A stretch of 64,000 nt of DNA from an uncultured Acidobacteriaceae bacterium (GCA_963804735.1 CAWDRO010000014.1:110252-174251), one strand, 5' to 3'; positions 47,509-57,501 are shown, counted from the first letter of the stretch. Notes: generated by a model not told the origin, from the letters alone. Program-made: numbers and translations.

Positions 47509-48222
47509 TCACGGTTTGCCGGTGAAGCCGATGACGAGGAAGACTTTCGCTATGCGGATCGCAGCTTTGATGGAGCCGCTGATGGAGCCTGCGACTTTGG
47601 AGACTCCGCCCTGGCGGAGACGGTAGCTGACCGGGACCTCAAGGATGCGGAGGCCGTTGCGAGCGGCTTTCATCTGCATCTCGAGGTTCCAGCCGTAGGT
47701 CGTTTCTGACATTTGCAGGCTTTCAAGAGCAGCGCGGGAGATTGCGCGGAATGGCCCCATGTCGGTGTAGCTCACGCCGTAGCGGAGGCGGATGAGCATG
47801 CCGGCGAGCCGTCCGGCGAAGATTTGCGATGGTAGCAGGCTGCCGAGTTCGCGTTGGCCGAGGATGCGCGAGCCGATGACGAAGTCGTAACGGCCCTCGA
47901 GGATTGGGACTGCGAGCGCGGGGAGCTCGGAGGTGACGTCGCTGCCGTCTCCGTCAAGGAAGACGAAGACGCTGGAGGCGGGATCGGCACCGAGGATGCC
48001 CGAGGCGCAGGCGCGGCCGTAGCCCCGTCGTGGTGCATGGATGACGGTAGCTCCGGCTTCGGCCGCGCGGGTGGCGGTTTCGTCGGTGCTGCCGTTGTCG
48101 ACGACGAGAATTTCCCCAATGAATGAACCGACGGCAAGTGTAGACGCGAGGCTGCGGACTACCTCCGCGATGGTGTGCTCTTCATTGAGCGCGGGGATGA
48201 TGATGCTGATGCGTGCGGGCAT
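47509..48222 (-). CDS. GT2 glycosyltransferase (polyprenyl-phosphate sugar synthase-like)
   Basis: IIIPALNEE, VDNGSTD, RRGYG.AC, FLDGDGSD, TDMGPFRAI and W.LEM motifs. Confidence 0.9.
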   Translation of the reverse strand: MPARISIIIPALNEEHTIAEVVRSLASTLAVGSFIGEILVVDNGSTDETATRAAEAGATVIHAPRRGYGRACASGILGADPASSVFVFLDGDGSDVTSELPALAVPILEGRYDFVIGSRILGQRELGSLLPSQIFAGRLAGMLIRLRYGVSYTDMGPFRAISRAALESLQMSETTYGWNLEMQMKAARNGLRILEVPVSYRLRQGGVSKVAGSISGSIKAAIRIAKVFLVIGFTGKP

Positions 48223-48231
48223 CGACTCCAA

Positions 48232-49314
48232 TTACAGGCTCCATCGTAGGCCGCAGTTGGCGCAGGCGCGCGGCGGTTGGGGGCCCATGAGGCTGCCGCG
48301 GAATTGCTGGTATTGAGGGCCGTTCCAGATTTCGCGGAGGGTCTGCTGCGAGGCGTCGCCGAGAGTGAAGCTATCATAGCCGTGCATGGAGAACGGCGCG
48401 ATGCAGCAGGGAAGCGCGCGGCCGTTGGCGGTGAAGTACATCAGCGTCCAGGGACGGCGGCAGAGCGACCATGGGGAATCTTCGCGGCGCTTCTTGATGC
48501 TGGTGCCTGGCTCGGTTGCTCCGGAGGCGTTGAAGACGATGCCGAGGCTGGCGGCGAGGTTCGTTGCTCGCTGGATGACAACTTCTTCTTCAGCGGTGGT
48601 CTTCTCGAAGAGCGCGCTCTCGGCGCGGGCGAGGCCCTTGCTGTTGTCGGCAAAGAAGACCATGCGCTGGAGATAGATTTCGCGGACATCGACGGATTCA
48701 GCAATGCGGACGAAGCCTTCCAGTTGATCCAAGGTTTCGCGCAGGCCAGTGAGCCAGAGCGAGACGCGCGGGGTTTCCACGTTTTGTTTGCGTTGCATCT
48801 GGCGGAAGTGTCGGACGTTCTTGACGATGCGGTCGAACATGTCTTTGCCGCGCACCATTTGGAATGCGGTTGGTTCGGCGGCGTCGAGCGAGACGCGGAG
48901 TTCGTCGAGGCCGGCGTCGATGAGCGCCTGGCCGTTCCTCTCGGTGAGCAGTGTGCCGTTGGAGTTGAAGAGGACGTACACGTTGCGGTCTTTGAGATAG
49001 CGGACCATCTTGGGCAATTCTTTTACGAGCATCGGCTCGCCGACTCCGTGAAGCACGGCGCGCTTGAGGCCGAGGGATTGGTCAACGATGCTGGTAAAGA
49101 GCTCCCATGACATATCCTTTTCCGGCTCTAACTCCTCGAAGGTGCGTGGGCAAGTGGTGCATAAGAGATTGCAGCGATTCGTAACTTCGAAGTAGATGCA
49201 GACGGGCGGAGTTTCGACGAGGATGGATAACTCGTCTTCTGGCTTCTCGAAGTAGCGGCGCATTCTTTCGTTTGTTCCGGGGGGTGTTGTTCCTGGTGAG
49301 ACTATTGTGCTCAT
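48232..49314 (-). CDS. Radical SAM protein with C-terminal SPASM/twitch domain
   Basis: CNLLCTTC (CxxxCxxC); G.GEP; C-terminal C..PW.....ANG...PCC...LG.......EIWN...C..C. Confidence 0.92.
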   Translation of the reverse strand: MSTIVSPGTTPPGTNERMRRYFEKPEDELSILVETPPVCIYFEVTNRCNLLCTTCPRTFEELEPEKDMSWELFTSIVDQSLGLKRAVLHGVGEPMLVKELPKMVRYLKDRNVYVLFNSNGTLLTERNGQALIDAGLDELRVSLDAAEPTAFQMVRGKDMFDRIVKNVRHFRQMQRKQNVETPRVSLWLTGLRETLDQLEGFVRIAESVDVREIYLQRMVFFADNSKGLARAESALFEKTTAEEEVVIQRATNLAASLGIVFNASGATEPGTSIKKRREDSPWSLCRRPWTLMYFTANGRALPCCIAPFSMHGYDSFTLGDASQQTLREIWNGPQYQQFRGSLMGPQPPRACANCGLRWSL

Positions 49315-50699
49315 GAATTCCTCACGTTGGCGGTGGTGTCGATGAGGACGGAAGATTCCAGTCTTTGTTCCTTGTTCAACCGGAAGTTTAGCCGGGGCGA
49401 AAGCCGAGCAAATAGATCATATCCGAGCATGAAGGCGAAGCCGGAGTACAGGAGGATATTGAGGTGGTACATTGGCTCGCCGGGTGCTCCGAGGTTGGTT
49501 CCGAAGAGGTAGGCGCTTGAGGCGACGAGATAGAAGGCCGGACGCCAGGGCACTATCGCGAGATAGGGCAGCAACCAGAGGTAGTACCACGGATAGTGGG
49601 GAGAGTAGAAGACATTCAGCATGGTCGCGATAACAAGCGCGGAGAAGATGAAGGCGTAGGGCTGGCTTCCGCGACGGAGGGCCCAGATGCAGATACCGGC
49701 CATGATGACGGCGAATAGGGCCATGTAAATGATCGGCGAGATCGTAGTGTGCATAGTGCGGTTGGCGAGGGTTAGCAGGAAGAAGCGGCTTCCGGAGTCG
49801 AGGCCTTCTTCCTGCGCGTAACCGGGGAGATAGCCGAAGACTCCTAAGCCGACGCTGGAGTAGCAGGCGTATCCGATGGCGATGATGGCGGCGAAGATGA
49901 CCGGCATGCGCCATTTTCCTTTTTGGAAGAAGGCTGGCAAGAGCGCTGCTGGGTAGAGCTTTGTCAGGGTCGCGAGGCCGAGCCAAGCTCCGGTTGCAGC
50001 GGAGTGATTCTTGAGCCGAGCGTAAATTGCGATGGTGAGAAAGGTGATCATTGCCGCGTCGATATGGCCGCTGCTGGCTATCTCCCACAAACAAAGTGGA
50101 TGCCAGGCGTAGATGAGGACGCGCTCCGGCCTTAGATCGAGGAGCTTGAAAATGCGGAGTAAGAAGACGCAGGTAACTGCTTCAAAGCCGATCCATGCGA
50201 GCTTCATAAAAGTCACGCTGGCGTGGATGCAAGTTATCAGCAAGAAGATAGTCTGAGCGGCAGGGGGATAGATGGTGGGAGCCGAGTCGGCGCGGTTGAC
50301 GTGAGGGTAGATCGCGCTGTCGCGTAGAAATGCCAGATGGATATCGGCAGGGAAATAGCGAAAGGGATTGATGCCCGCTGCCTGCACCTTGCCATCCCAG
50401 ACATAGCGGTAGATGTCAGTCGAGAGGAATGGCGGCGCGACCACACAGACGAGCCGCGCGGCGAGCGCGACGGTGAAAATGATGGGGAGCGTCCACTTAT
50501 TGGTGGGGCAGCGCTCGATGAGCGAGATTGCGCCGAAATAGAGCATGAGCTGGCCGAAGACGGTTTCGCTGTAGCCGTGGACGAAGTGGTGGAATTCGTT
50601 GACTCCGGTGCGGCAGAGCTCGATGGTGATCAGGCCGAAGAGGAGCAGCGCAGCGTTCGTCGCGATGGGATGTCCGCGCCGCCAAAAGCCAGCCTGCAT
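49311..50699 (-). CDS. Multi-TM GT-C glycosyltransferase (GT87/DUF2029-like)
   Basis: P.LS.DIYRYVWDGKV...GINP, TIYPP, YAWHPL..WE...SGHID, K.YP and HYPWY motifs. Confidence 0.82.
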   Translation of the reverse strand: MQAGFWRRGHPIATNAALLLFGLITIELCRTGVNEFHHFVHGYSETVFGQLMLYFGAISLIERCPTNKWTLPIIFTVALAARLVCVVAPPFLSTDIYRYVWDGKVQAAGINPFRYFPADIHLAFLRDSAIYPHVNRADSAPTIYPPAAQTIFLLITCIHASVTFMKLAWIGFEAVTCVFLLRIFKLLDLRPERVLIYAWHPLCLWEIASSGHIDAAMITFLTIAIYARLKNHSAATGAWLGLATLTKLYPAALLPAFFQKGKWRMPVIFAAIIAIGYACYSSVGLGVFGYLPGYAQEEGLDSGSRFFLLTLANRTMHTTISPIIYMALFAVIMAGICIWALRRGSQPYAFIFSALVIATMLNVFYSPHYPWYYLWLLPYLAIVPWRPAFYLVASSAYLFGTNLGAPGEPMYHLNILLYSGFAFMLGYDLFARLSPRLNFRLNKEQRLESSVLIDTTANVRNS

Positions 50700-50716
50700 C
50701 GCATTGGGGCGGAGAG

Positions 50717-51502
50717 TCAAGCCGTGTTCTCCGTGCCGGCGGCGCAAAGCGCTGCGAACGTCGGAATCTGTGCGAGGTAGGCACGGGTATGGGGGGCCGG
50801 ATATCCTCGCTTTAGCCTGTATCGAGGGTCCAACAATTCGTCATGCAGACGACCCAGGGATTCGGCGTCGTCAACGTCATACCAAAGCCAGAGGACCTCT
50901 ACGGGGAGATTGATTTCGGCAGCCCGATCGAGTGTCTGCGAAGCCACTACCTCTGTGCTCCAGGCGATTTCTTGAAAGAGCTCTGCGATCGGCCTTCGCA
51001 TGCCCAGCAGATAATAGCCACCGTCCATCGAGGGACCGAGGACTGCACGCTCCCCTTCGCGAAGAAGAGTCGTTGCAGCGGCGACGAATTGCGAGGTGGG
51101 CACAGTAGGGCTGTCGGAGTCGATGAGGCAAACGGCGGCGAATCCGCAGGCGAAGAGGTCTTGGGCGGTAGCGAGGAGGCGCTCGCCGAAGCCGTCTCCG
51201 CGCTGGGGAATGAGGAGGGCACCTTTGTGGAGAATGCCATCGAAGGCGGCCTCTTCGCCGATGGGGGTGTAGGAGATGATCCATTCGGCTGGCGCTGCGA
51301 GAGTTGCCGCGTGCAGGCTGGCGACGGTGTCGCGGAGAAAGCAGGCATTCAGATCGGAAGCCTGCTCGGGGGTGAGCGGTGGGTTTAGGCGCGTCTTCAC
51401 TTTGCCGGGGCAGGGCGCTTTGGCCATGATCGCGAGCGCGCATCTGCCGGCGAACTCGGAGCTGGGTTGCGACGGATCGAGGATGCGGTAGGGGTGGGTC
51501 AT
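50717..51502 (-). CDS. DUF2064 / TIGR04282-type GT-A transferase (CofC-like fold)
   Basis: MAKAP..GKVKTRL, QRGDGFGERL, IDSDSP, LGPS.DGGYYLLG, I.WST..V and DVDD..SL motifs. Confidence 0.88.
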   Translation of the reverse strand: MTHPYRILDPSQPSSEFAGRCALAIMAKAPCPGKVKTRLNPPLTPEQASDLNACFLRDTVASLHAATLAAPAEWIISYTPIGEEAAFDGILHKGALLIPQRGDGFGERLLATAQDLFACGFAAVCLIDSDSPTVPTSQFVAAATTLLREGERAVLGPSMDGGYYLLGMRRPIAELFQEIAWSTEVVASQTLDRAAEINLPVEVLWLWYDVDDAESLGRLHDELLDPRYRLKRGYPAPHTRAYLAQIPTFAALCAAGTENTA

Positions 51503-51563
51503 TCGATCATCTGGTTCTGCAGATCATGATAATTCGCTCAAATTGCGTACATCGCTGACACTA

Positions 51564-51676
51564 CAGGTCCTTCGACTCCGCACTTCGTGCTCCGCTCAGG
51601 ATGATAAGTGTTGTTGAGGCCGAGAAGGATCGCAAATTCTTCAATGTCGCGCCCTTGGCGCTTCGCTGAGGATGAC
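51564..51676 (+). repeat. Two REP family B elements (51564-51605, about 51631-51676)
   Basis: CAGGTCCTTCGACT...CTCAGGATGA and ...CGCTGAGGATGAC. Confidence 0.8.
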
Positions 51677-51704
51677 AAGTGTTCCGAACCCCCGAGCCCG
51701 GCGG

Positions 51705-52388
51705 TCACGCGGCCTTTGTGCATACGGCGCAGTGGTACTGGCGGTCTTTCCAGATACGGATGCTGGTCCATGGTTGAGACTCAATGAGGTCTTGGAATCC
51801 TCTTCCTGTGAAGACACGGGACTGAGGTAAATCTTCTCCGGAGGCCGGCGAACGGCCGAGGCGTTCGGTGATCCTCATCAGGATCAACGGCAGCGAGGCG
51901 CGCAACGCCGATGCCGGCTCGGCGATAAAGCAGATACCCCCGGGGCGGAGCGCGGTGAAGATCGCATCGAGAGCAAGGGTGGGTTGCGCGAGGATGAGAA
52001 ACAGCCGCGAAGCGATCACGGCGTCGATCTGGCCGGGAGACTCCGCGAGCGAAAGCGCGTCGGCCCTGAGGAATCTGCAATTGCTGAGGCCGGAGCGGCG
52101 GGCTTGATCCTGAGCGCGGCAGAGCAGGGGTTCGGAGAGATCGATGCCGGTGATGCGCAGCTGGGGAAATCTGGCGGCGAGGCGGCGGGAGTAGAATCCT
52201 GGCCCGCAGCCTGCTTCGACGAGATAGCGAGGGTGGGGGCCGTCGAGCATGGGCGTGAGCGCGGATGCGATTTGATGAGTGTGGTCGGTGAAGAGGTACT
52301 CGCGGCAGAGGGCGTATTGACGCCAACATCGATCGAATAAGGTCGAGGGCGGCGTCGCGGATTCGACTTCGACCTTGCTATAACTCAC
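51705..52388 (-). CDS. Class I SAM-dependent methyltransferase
   Basis: VEAGCGPG, GIDLS, F.RADA, L.PGG motifs; GTG 52388 overlaps the upstream gene's stop. Confidence 0.85.
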   Translation of the reverse strand: MSYSKVEVESATPPSTLFDRCWRQYALCREYLFTDHTHQIASALTPMLDGPHPRYLVEAGCGPGFYSRRLAARFPQLRITGIDLSEPLLCRAQDQARRSGLSNCRFLRADALSLAESPGQIDAVIASRLFLILAQPTLALDAIFTALRPGGICFIAEPASALRASLPLILMRITERLGRSPASGEDLPQSRVFTGRGFQDLIESQPWTSIRIWKDRQYHCAVCTKAA

Positions 52389-53154
52389 GCGCTGTGACTC
52401 CCACAATATGACCGTTCTTGTTCTCACGGGCAAAGAGGACAACCCTGAGATGCTGATTGGCGTCGTCGCGTGGGAGGGCCAGGGTGGTCGTTTTGTCGAG
52501 AGGGATTGGCTGGAGGTCGGCGACCCGGACGAGGGAGCGGGCAACGGCTACGTGGTCGAGAATCCGCCCGGCGTTTTCACCGCGCGCAACTGAGGAACGG
52601 TCGGAGTCGTCGGCCAGGACGGCGTAGACGGTCACGCCTTTCGCAGCGCCGGCAGTGAACTCAAGATGGACGCCGTCGCTGGACCGCTGGAGCGACGAAA
52701 TGGCGATCTCAATATGTGGTTGTCTTGCAGACCGCTCGATCGCCGAGAGGACGGCGCGGCCGTCGCCTCCGCTGGTCTGGATGTCTCCGTCGATGACCAT
52801 CTGGGGTGTGTAGATGCTGTCGAGGCCGAATTGACGACCGTATTCGTCCTGTCGCTCGGTCCATTGATGGGAGGAAAAGGGATCGCTCCAGCCGAGCTGG
52901 TTCCAGTAATCGACATGTTCGCTGAGCACGACGATGGTGGTTCCGGGGACGGGTTGCTTACGGTCGAGCTCGGCGAGCAGCCGGTCGGCGGGTGGGCAAC
53001 TGGAGCAGCCCTCGGAGGTGAAAAGCTCGACGAGAACGGCGGGCGACGCGGGTTGCGGCGAATCTGAGGCCGCGTGCAGCGTGGCGGTCGATACGGCGGC
53101 GAGGGCGAGGCAGGAGAGCTGTGCTGTTAGTGTTCGGTGGATGGAAAGAGACAT
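52378..53154 (-). CDS. DUF1223 thioredoxin-like secreted protein (start uncertain)
   Basis: VELFTSEGCSSCPPAD, HVDYWN.LGW.DPFS and YTPQMV motifs. Confidence 0.9.
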   Translation of the reverse strand: MSLSIHRTLTAQLSCLALAAVSTATLHAASDSPQPASPAVLVELFTSEGCSSCPPADRLLAELDRKQPVPGTTIVVLSEHVDYWNQLGWSDPFSSHQWTERQDEYGRQFGLDSIYTPQMVIDGDIQTSGGDGRAVLSAIERSARQPHIEIAISSLQRSSDGVHLEFTAGAAKGVTVYAVLADDSDRSSVARGENAGRILDHVAVARSLVRVADLQPIPLDKTTTLALPRDDANQHLRVVLFARENKNGHIVGVTAREL

Positions 53155-53336
53155 CAGGCCCGGCCCCTCACCGGTAATGTACTGCATGATAATGAGAGTC
53201 GGCGGACGCCGATTAGTTACCAGAACAAATTGATCCACAGGCCGGGGTCATCCGTGCCCAGATGTTGGCGCGATCTTTTGTTGAAATTCCCTGTAATCCG
53301 CCCGCTCGAATTGGGTCTAAAGGACTGAGACCAGCT

Positions 53337-54332
53337 ATGGACGAGAACAAAGCGCCTGAAGAAGATGTCGCTCCTGAAGCGACAGTGCCTGAAGCCGCAG
53401 CCGAGGAGACGGTAGCGGCTCCGGAGGGTGCGCCTGCAGTTGTGCAGATGGTTGCGCTGACCGAAGAAGCAGAAGCTTTGCCGGCGATGCCCGCAGTGGA
53501 GGCGATGGCTGAGCCGGTCATCACAACTCAGCCGGAAGCGGAACCGGTAGCGGGGGTGCAAGAGGCTTCAGCGGTTGCGGCTGCGGCGAGTATTCGGCTG
53601 GAGAAGAAGCATCCGCTAGCGATTCGGTGGATGCACTGGATCAACTTCCCGGTGTTGGCGACGATGATCTGGAGCGGGCTGCTGATCTACTGGGGCGATT
53701 CGAAGATCAATGGCAGCTTCCCCAACCAGGTGTATCGCGTGGGGATTGGCAAGTGGACGCTGTTCCGGTTTTTTCCGGAGTGGTTCTGGACCTGGTTTCC
53801 GGTGTCGCTTCGGTTTTGGGAGCCGGGGTGGCACGGCGCCGCGTACAACATCACGATGGGGCTGGGCTACCACTTCTTCTTTATGTGGTTTTTCATGCTG
53901 AACGGACTGGCCTATGTTCTCTACACGTTGATATCGGGCGAGTGGCGCTACCTGGTGCCGACGAAGAACTCGTTCAAGGAAGCGATCCAGGTGACGCTGT
54001 ATGACCTGCATATACGAAAGGAGCCGCTGCCGCACCGGAAGTTCAATGGGGCGCAGCAGATCGCTTATACCGCGGTCATCCTGATGGGGGTTGGCTCGCT
54101 AGTGACGGGCCTTGCGATTTACAAGCCGAGCCAGGCGCACTGGATCACGACGGCGTTGGGTGGATATGAGATGGCGCGGTGGTTTCATTTCTGGCTGACG
54201 ATGGGATATTGCGTCTTCTTTGCAATTCATGTTTCGCAGGTGGCGAAGGCGGGGTGGAATAACTTTCGCGCGATGGTGAGCGGGTATGAGATTTTGCCGG
54301 CGAATAAGCCTTCTTATACGCCGGATAGATAG
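53337..54332 (+). CDS. Cytochrome b subunit (Ni/Fe-hydrogenase b-type family), partner of the downstream Mo enzyme
   Basis: HP..IR.MHWIN, HFFFMW, KFNGAQQ..Y, ARWFHF and IHV motifs; acidic Ala/Glu-rich N-terminal extension. Confidence 0.85.
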   Translation: MDENKAPEEDVAPEATVPEAAAEETVAAPEGAPAVVQMVALTEEAEALPAMPAVEAMAEPVITTQPEAEPVAGVQEASAVAAAASIRLEKKHPLAIRWMHWINFPVLATMIWSGLLIYWGDSKINGSFPNQVYRVGIGKWTLFRFFPEWFWTWFPVSLRFWEPGWHGAAYNITMGLGYHFFFMWFFMLNGLAYVLYTLISGEWRYLVPTKNSFKEAIQVTLYDLHIRKEPLPHRKFNGAQQIAYTAVILMGVGSLVTGLAIYKPSQAHWITTALGGYEMARWFHFWLTMGYCVFFAIHVSQVAKAGWNNFRAMVSGYEILPANKPSYTPDR

Positions 54333-54343
54333 GGAAGCAAGTT

Positions 54344-55321
54344 ATGTCGGAAGAGGATTTGCCGAAGGAAGAGACGGTGCAGCGACCGACGCAGGAGGAG
54401 CTTGACCGCGAGGTGAAGCGCGCTTCAGGGCGGCGGACGCGGCGGAGTTTTCTGGTGGCTGGGGTTGCGGCCGCAAGCGGGTACGGTTTGTATCGATGGA
54501 TCGATCAGGCCGAGGACATTGGGCGTCAGCCGGACCCGTTGCGGCGGGCATTTCAAATCAATGCCGATATTGCTCGCGGGGTATTTCGCGAGGAGAACCT
54601 TGCGCCGACTTATCCGAAATCGCGGGCGGCGTATGACCTTCGCACCAATGGCAACTTCGGATTAAAAGAGGAATTGAAACCGGATGGCTGGCGATTGCAG
54701 CTTACGGGGATCGAGAATCCGGAAAAGTACCCGCAGTATACGAAGGACGTGACGGCCTACGAATATCAGTTTGAGCCGATGGATATGACGGACCAGTCGC
54801 AGTCGCTGACTCCGCCGGACCCGAATGTGAAGCATGAGCGTGGATCGGAAGAGGCGGGGATTTCGGCGAGCACACTGTCTCCGGGGACGCCGGGGCTGCT
54901 ATTGACGATGGACGATATTCACAAGCTGCCGCACCATGAGCTGGTGACGCAGTTCAAGTGCATTGAGGGTTGGAGCGATATTGCGAGTTGGGGCGGGGCG
55001 CGGCTGGCGGACCTGATTGCGGCGTATCCGCCGGCGCGGCTGGCGAATGGCAAGCTGCCGCGATATGTGTATATGGAGACTCCGGATGGGGACTATTACT
55101 GCGGGTATGACATGGCGGTGGCGCTGCATCCGCAGAGTTTGCTGGTGTATGAGATGGGCGGGCGGCCGATCGCGCGGTGGCATGGGGCGCCGCTGCGGCT
55201 GCATACTCCGCTGAAGTATGGGTATAAGCAGATCAAGCGGATTGGGTTGATTGCTTATACGGATATGAAGCCGGATGATTACTGGACCAAGTTGGGTTAT
55301 GACTGGTATGCGGGGTTGTGA
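54344..55321 (+). CDS. Molybdopterin-dependent oxidoreductase (sulfite oxidase / MsrP-like), Tat-exported
   Basis: TRRSFL Tat motif; FKCIEGWS; HGAPLRL..P.KYGYKQIK.I. Confidence 0.9.
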   Translation: MSEEDLPKEETVQRPTQEELDREVKRASGRRTRRSFLVAGVAAASGYGLYRWIDQAEDIGRQPDPLRRAFQINADIARGVFREENLAPTYPKSRAAYDLRTNGNFGLKEELKPDGWRLQLTGIENPEKYPQYTKDVTAYEYQFEPMDMTDQSQSLTPPDPNVKHERGSEEAGISASTLSPGTPGLLLTMDDIHKLPHHELVTQFKCIEGWSDIASWGGARLADLIAAYPPARLANGKLPRYVYMETPDGDYYCGYDMAVALHPQSLLVYEMGGRPIARWHGAPLRLHTPLKYGYKQIKRIGLIAYTDMKPDDYWTKLGYDWYAGL

Positions 55322-55450
55322 GGTTGCGAGACCTGGCAAGACCACCTGGAAGATTCGCCGGCGCGTTCGTATTAGTATTGAGCGCGTGTAGGCGAAGGCC
55401 CATTTGCTGACTAGCCTACGCTTTCCATGCGCTTCTGGCGCGGAGGTGAT

Positions 55451-56419
55451 ATGGCGACGCAGACAGTAGTTCCGGAAAAGAAAGTCTCTACCAAACCTGG
55501 AGAAAACAGCCTGAGCGCGGGTGTCGCGAAGACCCCGCTGCGTAGCATTCAGAAGCGCCTTCCGCTGCGGGTGCTTTCTCCGGCCGACTTTGAGCACTGG
55601 CAGACGTATGGCTTTGTCGTGATTTCGCATGCCGTGCCGGCGGAGAATGTCGAACGGCTGGTGAAGTTTCTCTGGGAGTTCCAGGAGATGGATCCCGCAA
55701 ATCTTGAGACCTGGTTTGCGAAGCAGCTTCGCGATCATGCGATGAAAGAGCTGAACTATAGCGGCATGGTTGAGGTCTATAACCACCAATACCTCTGGGA
55801 CAACCGCCAGTGCCAACGAGTTTACGATGCCTTCGTCGATATCTGGGACGAGGAAAAGCTCTGGGTGACCATCGATCGCGCCAACCTGAATACGCCCAAT
55901 CGTAGCGGGCGCGCATTTTCGGGCTTTATTCATACCGACTATGACACCACGCTCGATCCCTTGCCGATCAATGTGCAGGGCGTGCTTTCGCTGGTGGATG
56001 TGGATGGCGAAACCGGCGGCTTTCAGTGCGTTCCGGAGCTCTTCCGGACATTTGAAGAGTGGAAGAAGACACAGCCAGCTGACCGCGATGGGTTCAAGCC
56101 GGATGTTACGGGTTTCGAGGTCTATCCGGTGCCGATGAAGGCCGGCGATCTGCTAATCTTCAACAGCCTGCTGCCTCACGGGATTCGCCCGAATAGCTCG
56201 GAGAATAAGGTGCGCATGGCGCAGTACATATCGATGTCACTCGCGGATGAGAACAACGAGGAGCTTCGACAGCGGCGGATTACCTCGTGGGCGGAGCGGC
56301 GCGCTCCGGAAGGGTTTGCGTTTCCGGGCGATCCGAGAGAGTGGGAGCGGACGAAGTATGCGACGGCGGAGCTGAGTCCGCTGGGGCGCAAGCTGCTGGG
56401 GTTGGATCTTTGGGTCTAG
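55451..56419 (+). CDS. Phytanoyl-CoA dioxygenase family Fe(II)/2OG enzyme
   Basis: GFVVI..AV; HTD; QG..SL.D...GGF; AGDLLIFNSLLPHG. Confidence 0.88.
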   Translation: MATQTVVPEKKVSTKPGENSLSAGVAKTPLRSIQKRLPLRVLSPADFEHWQTYGFVVISHAVPAENVERLVKFLWEFQEMDPANLETWFAKQLRDHAMKELNYSGMVEVYNHQYLWDNRQCQRVYDAFVDIWDEEKLWVTIDRANLNTPNRSGRAFSGFIHTDYDTTLDPLPINVQGVLSLVDVDGETGGFQCVPELFRTFEEWKKTQPADRDGFKPDVTGFEVYPVPMKAGDLLIFNSLLPHGIRPNSSENKVRMAQYISMSLADENNEELRQRRITSWAERRAPEGFAFPGDPREWERTKYATAELSPLGRKLLGLDLWV

Positions 56420-56593
56420 CGGGTCCGAGAACCGGGATTATCGGGGCGGATTGGAAGCGGGACGTTTTCTGGGCTGGATTCGGTGATGGCTGGGATTAAG
56501 GATTGAGAGAGCCGCTCCAGTCTTACGTCGCGATATCAAAGATTGACAAAGTTGGTTATCTCCAGCGAACATCTTGAGAGAGGAATGCTTTGC

Positions 56594-56860
56594 ATGAATG
56601 TTTCCATCACACCGGAGTTGGAGAAGTTTGTTGCCAGCAAGGTGGAGTCCGGTCGCTATACCTCGGCCAGCGAAGTGGTGCGCGAAGCGTTGCGACTACT
56701 CGAAGAGCAGGACCAGGCGCGGAGTGCTCAGCTTGCGGAGTTTAACCGCATCCTGGAGAGGCGGCTCGCGGCTTCCGATCGCGGCGAATTCGTCGATCCG
56801 CGGGCGGCGCGAGAGCGCTTGCGGCGTAAGTCGGAAGAGGCCCGGCGGCGTCGCGCGTGA
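56594..56860 (+). CDS. parD: ParD-family (CC2985-like, RHH) antitoxin
   Basis: MNVSITPELE.FV..KVESGRY.SASEVVREALRLL. Confidence 0.92.
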   Translation: MNVSITPELEKFVASKVESGRYTSASEVVREALRLLEEQDQARSAQLAEFNRILERRLAASDRGEFVDPRAARERLRRKSEEARRRRA

Positions 56861-57162
56861 AGAGCTATGTTCTTCGGGCAGGAGTTGAAGATGACCTCAA
56901 CGCAATCTGGGAATACATTGCTCTGGATAATATCGACGCTGCGGACAGCTGGATCGACAAGCTCTACGAAGCATTTGAAGCGTTAAGCCGGACGCCGGGG
57001 ATGGGACACATACGACCAGACTTGACGCGATCGCCGGTTCGTTTCTTGGGAGTCGGCGACTATCTCATCATCTACCGCGTGCGAGAAGGTCAGATCGAGA
57101 TCGTGGCCGTGACTCAGGGTTCGCGCGATATTCCGCGCTTCTTGAATCAGCGAACTGATTAG
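56857..57162 (+). CDS. parE: ParE/RelE family toxin
   Basis: A/V..DL..IW.YIA.DN..AAD; L...P.MG..R.DL; YLIIYR; GTGA overlap with the antitoxin. Confidence 0.9.
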   Translation: MKSYVLRAGVEDDLNAIWEYIALDNIDAADSWIDKLYEAFEALSRTPGMGHIRPDLTRSPVRFLGVGDYLIIYRVREGQIEIVAVTQGSRDIPRFLNQRTD

Positions 57163-57276
57163 CCGGACGGAAGACGGGTAGGCCAAAATCTAGCGGATAT
57201 CCCCGGAGTTGGATCAGGATCGTGACTCCGGCAGAGTTTCTGGGTGAGTGAGTGCTGAGCCGAGGCCTCTGCGTCT

Positions 57277-57314
57277 CCCACTCAAGCCAACAAATGGCTT
57301 GAATGGGGCACCCC
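57277..57314 (+). repeat. REP family A variant CCCACTCAAGCCA-N5-TGGCTTGAATGGG-GCACCC
   Basis: 12/13 inverted repeat followed by the GGGGCACCC end shared with R1/R2. Confidence 0.8.
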
Positions 57315-57476
57315 GGCATCCTGCGCCAACTGCTTCTCACTTCCGGGGCTAGCGGGAATCTCACTACCGATGCGCATCTGGCCGCACTTGCCATGGAGCA
57401 AAACGCGGAACTTTATTCGGATGATCGAGATTTTCGGCGGTTTGCTGGTCTGAGATGGCGGAATCCATTGCAGTAA
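57315..57476 (+). pseudogene. vapC: C-terminal fragment of a VapC/PIN-domain toxin
   Basis: GILRQLLLTSGASGNLTTDAHLAALAMEQNAELYSDDRDFRRFAGLRWRNPLQ*. No 5' half; begins immediately after the REP. Confidence 0.85.
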
Positions 57477-57501
57477 GCGGAATGGCGGGATATTGCTTAT
57501 T

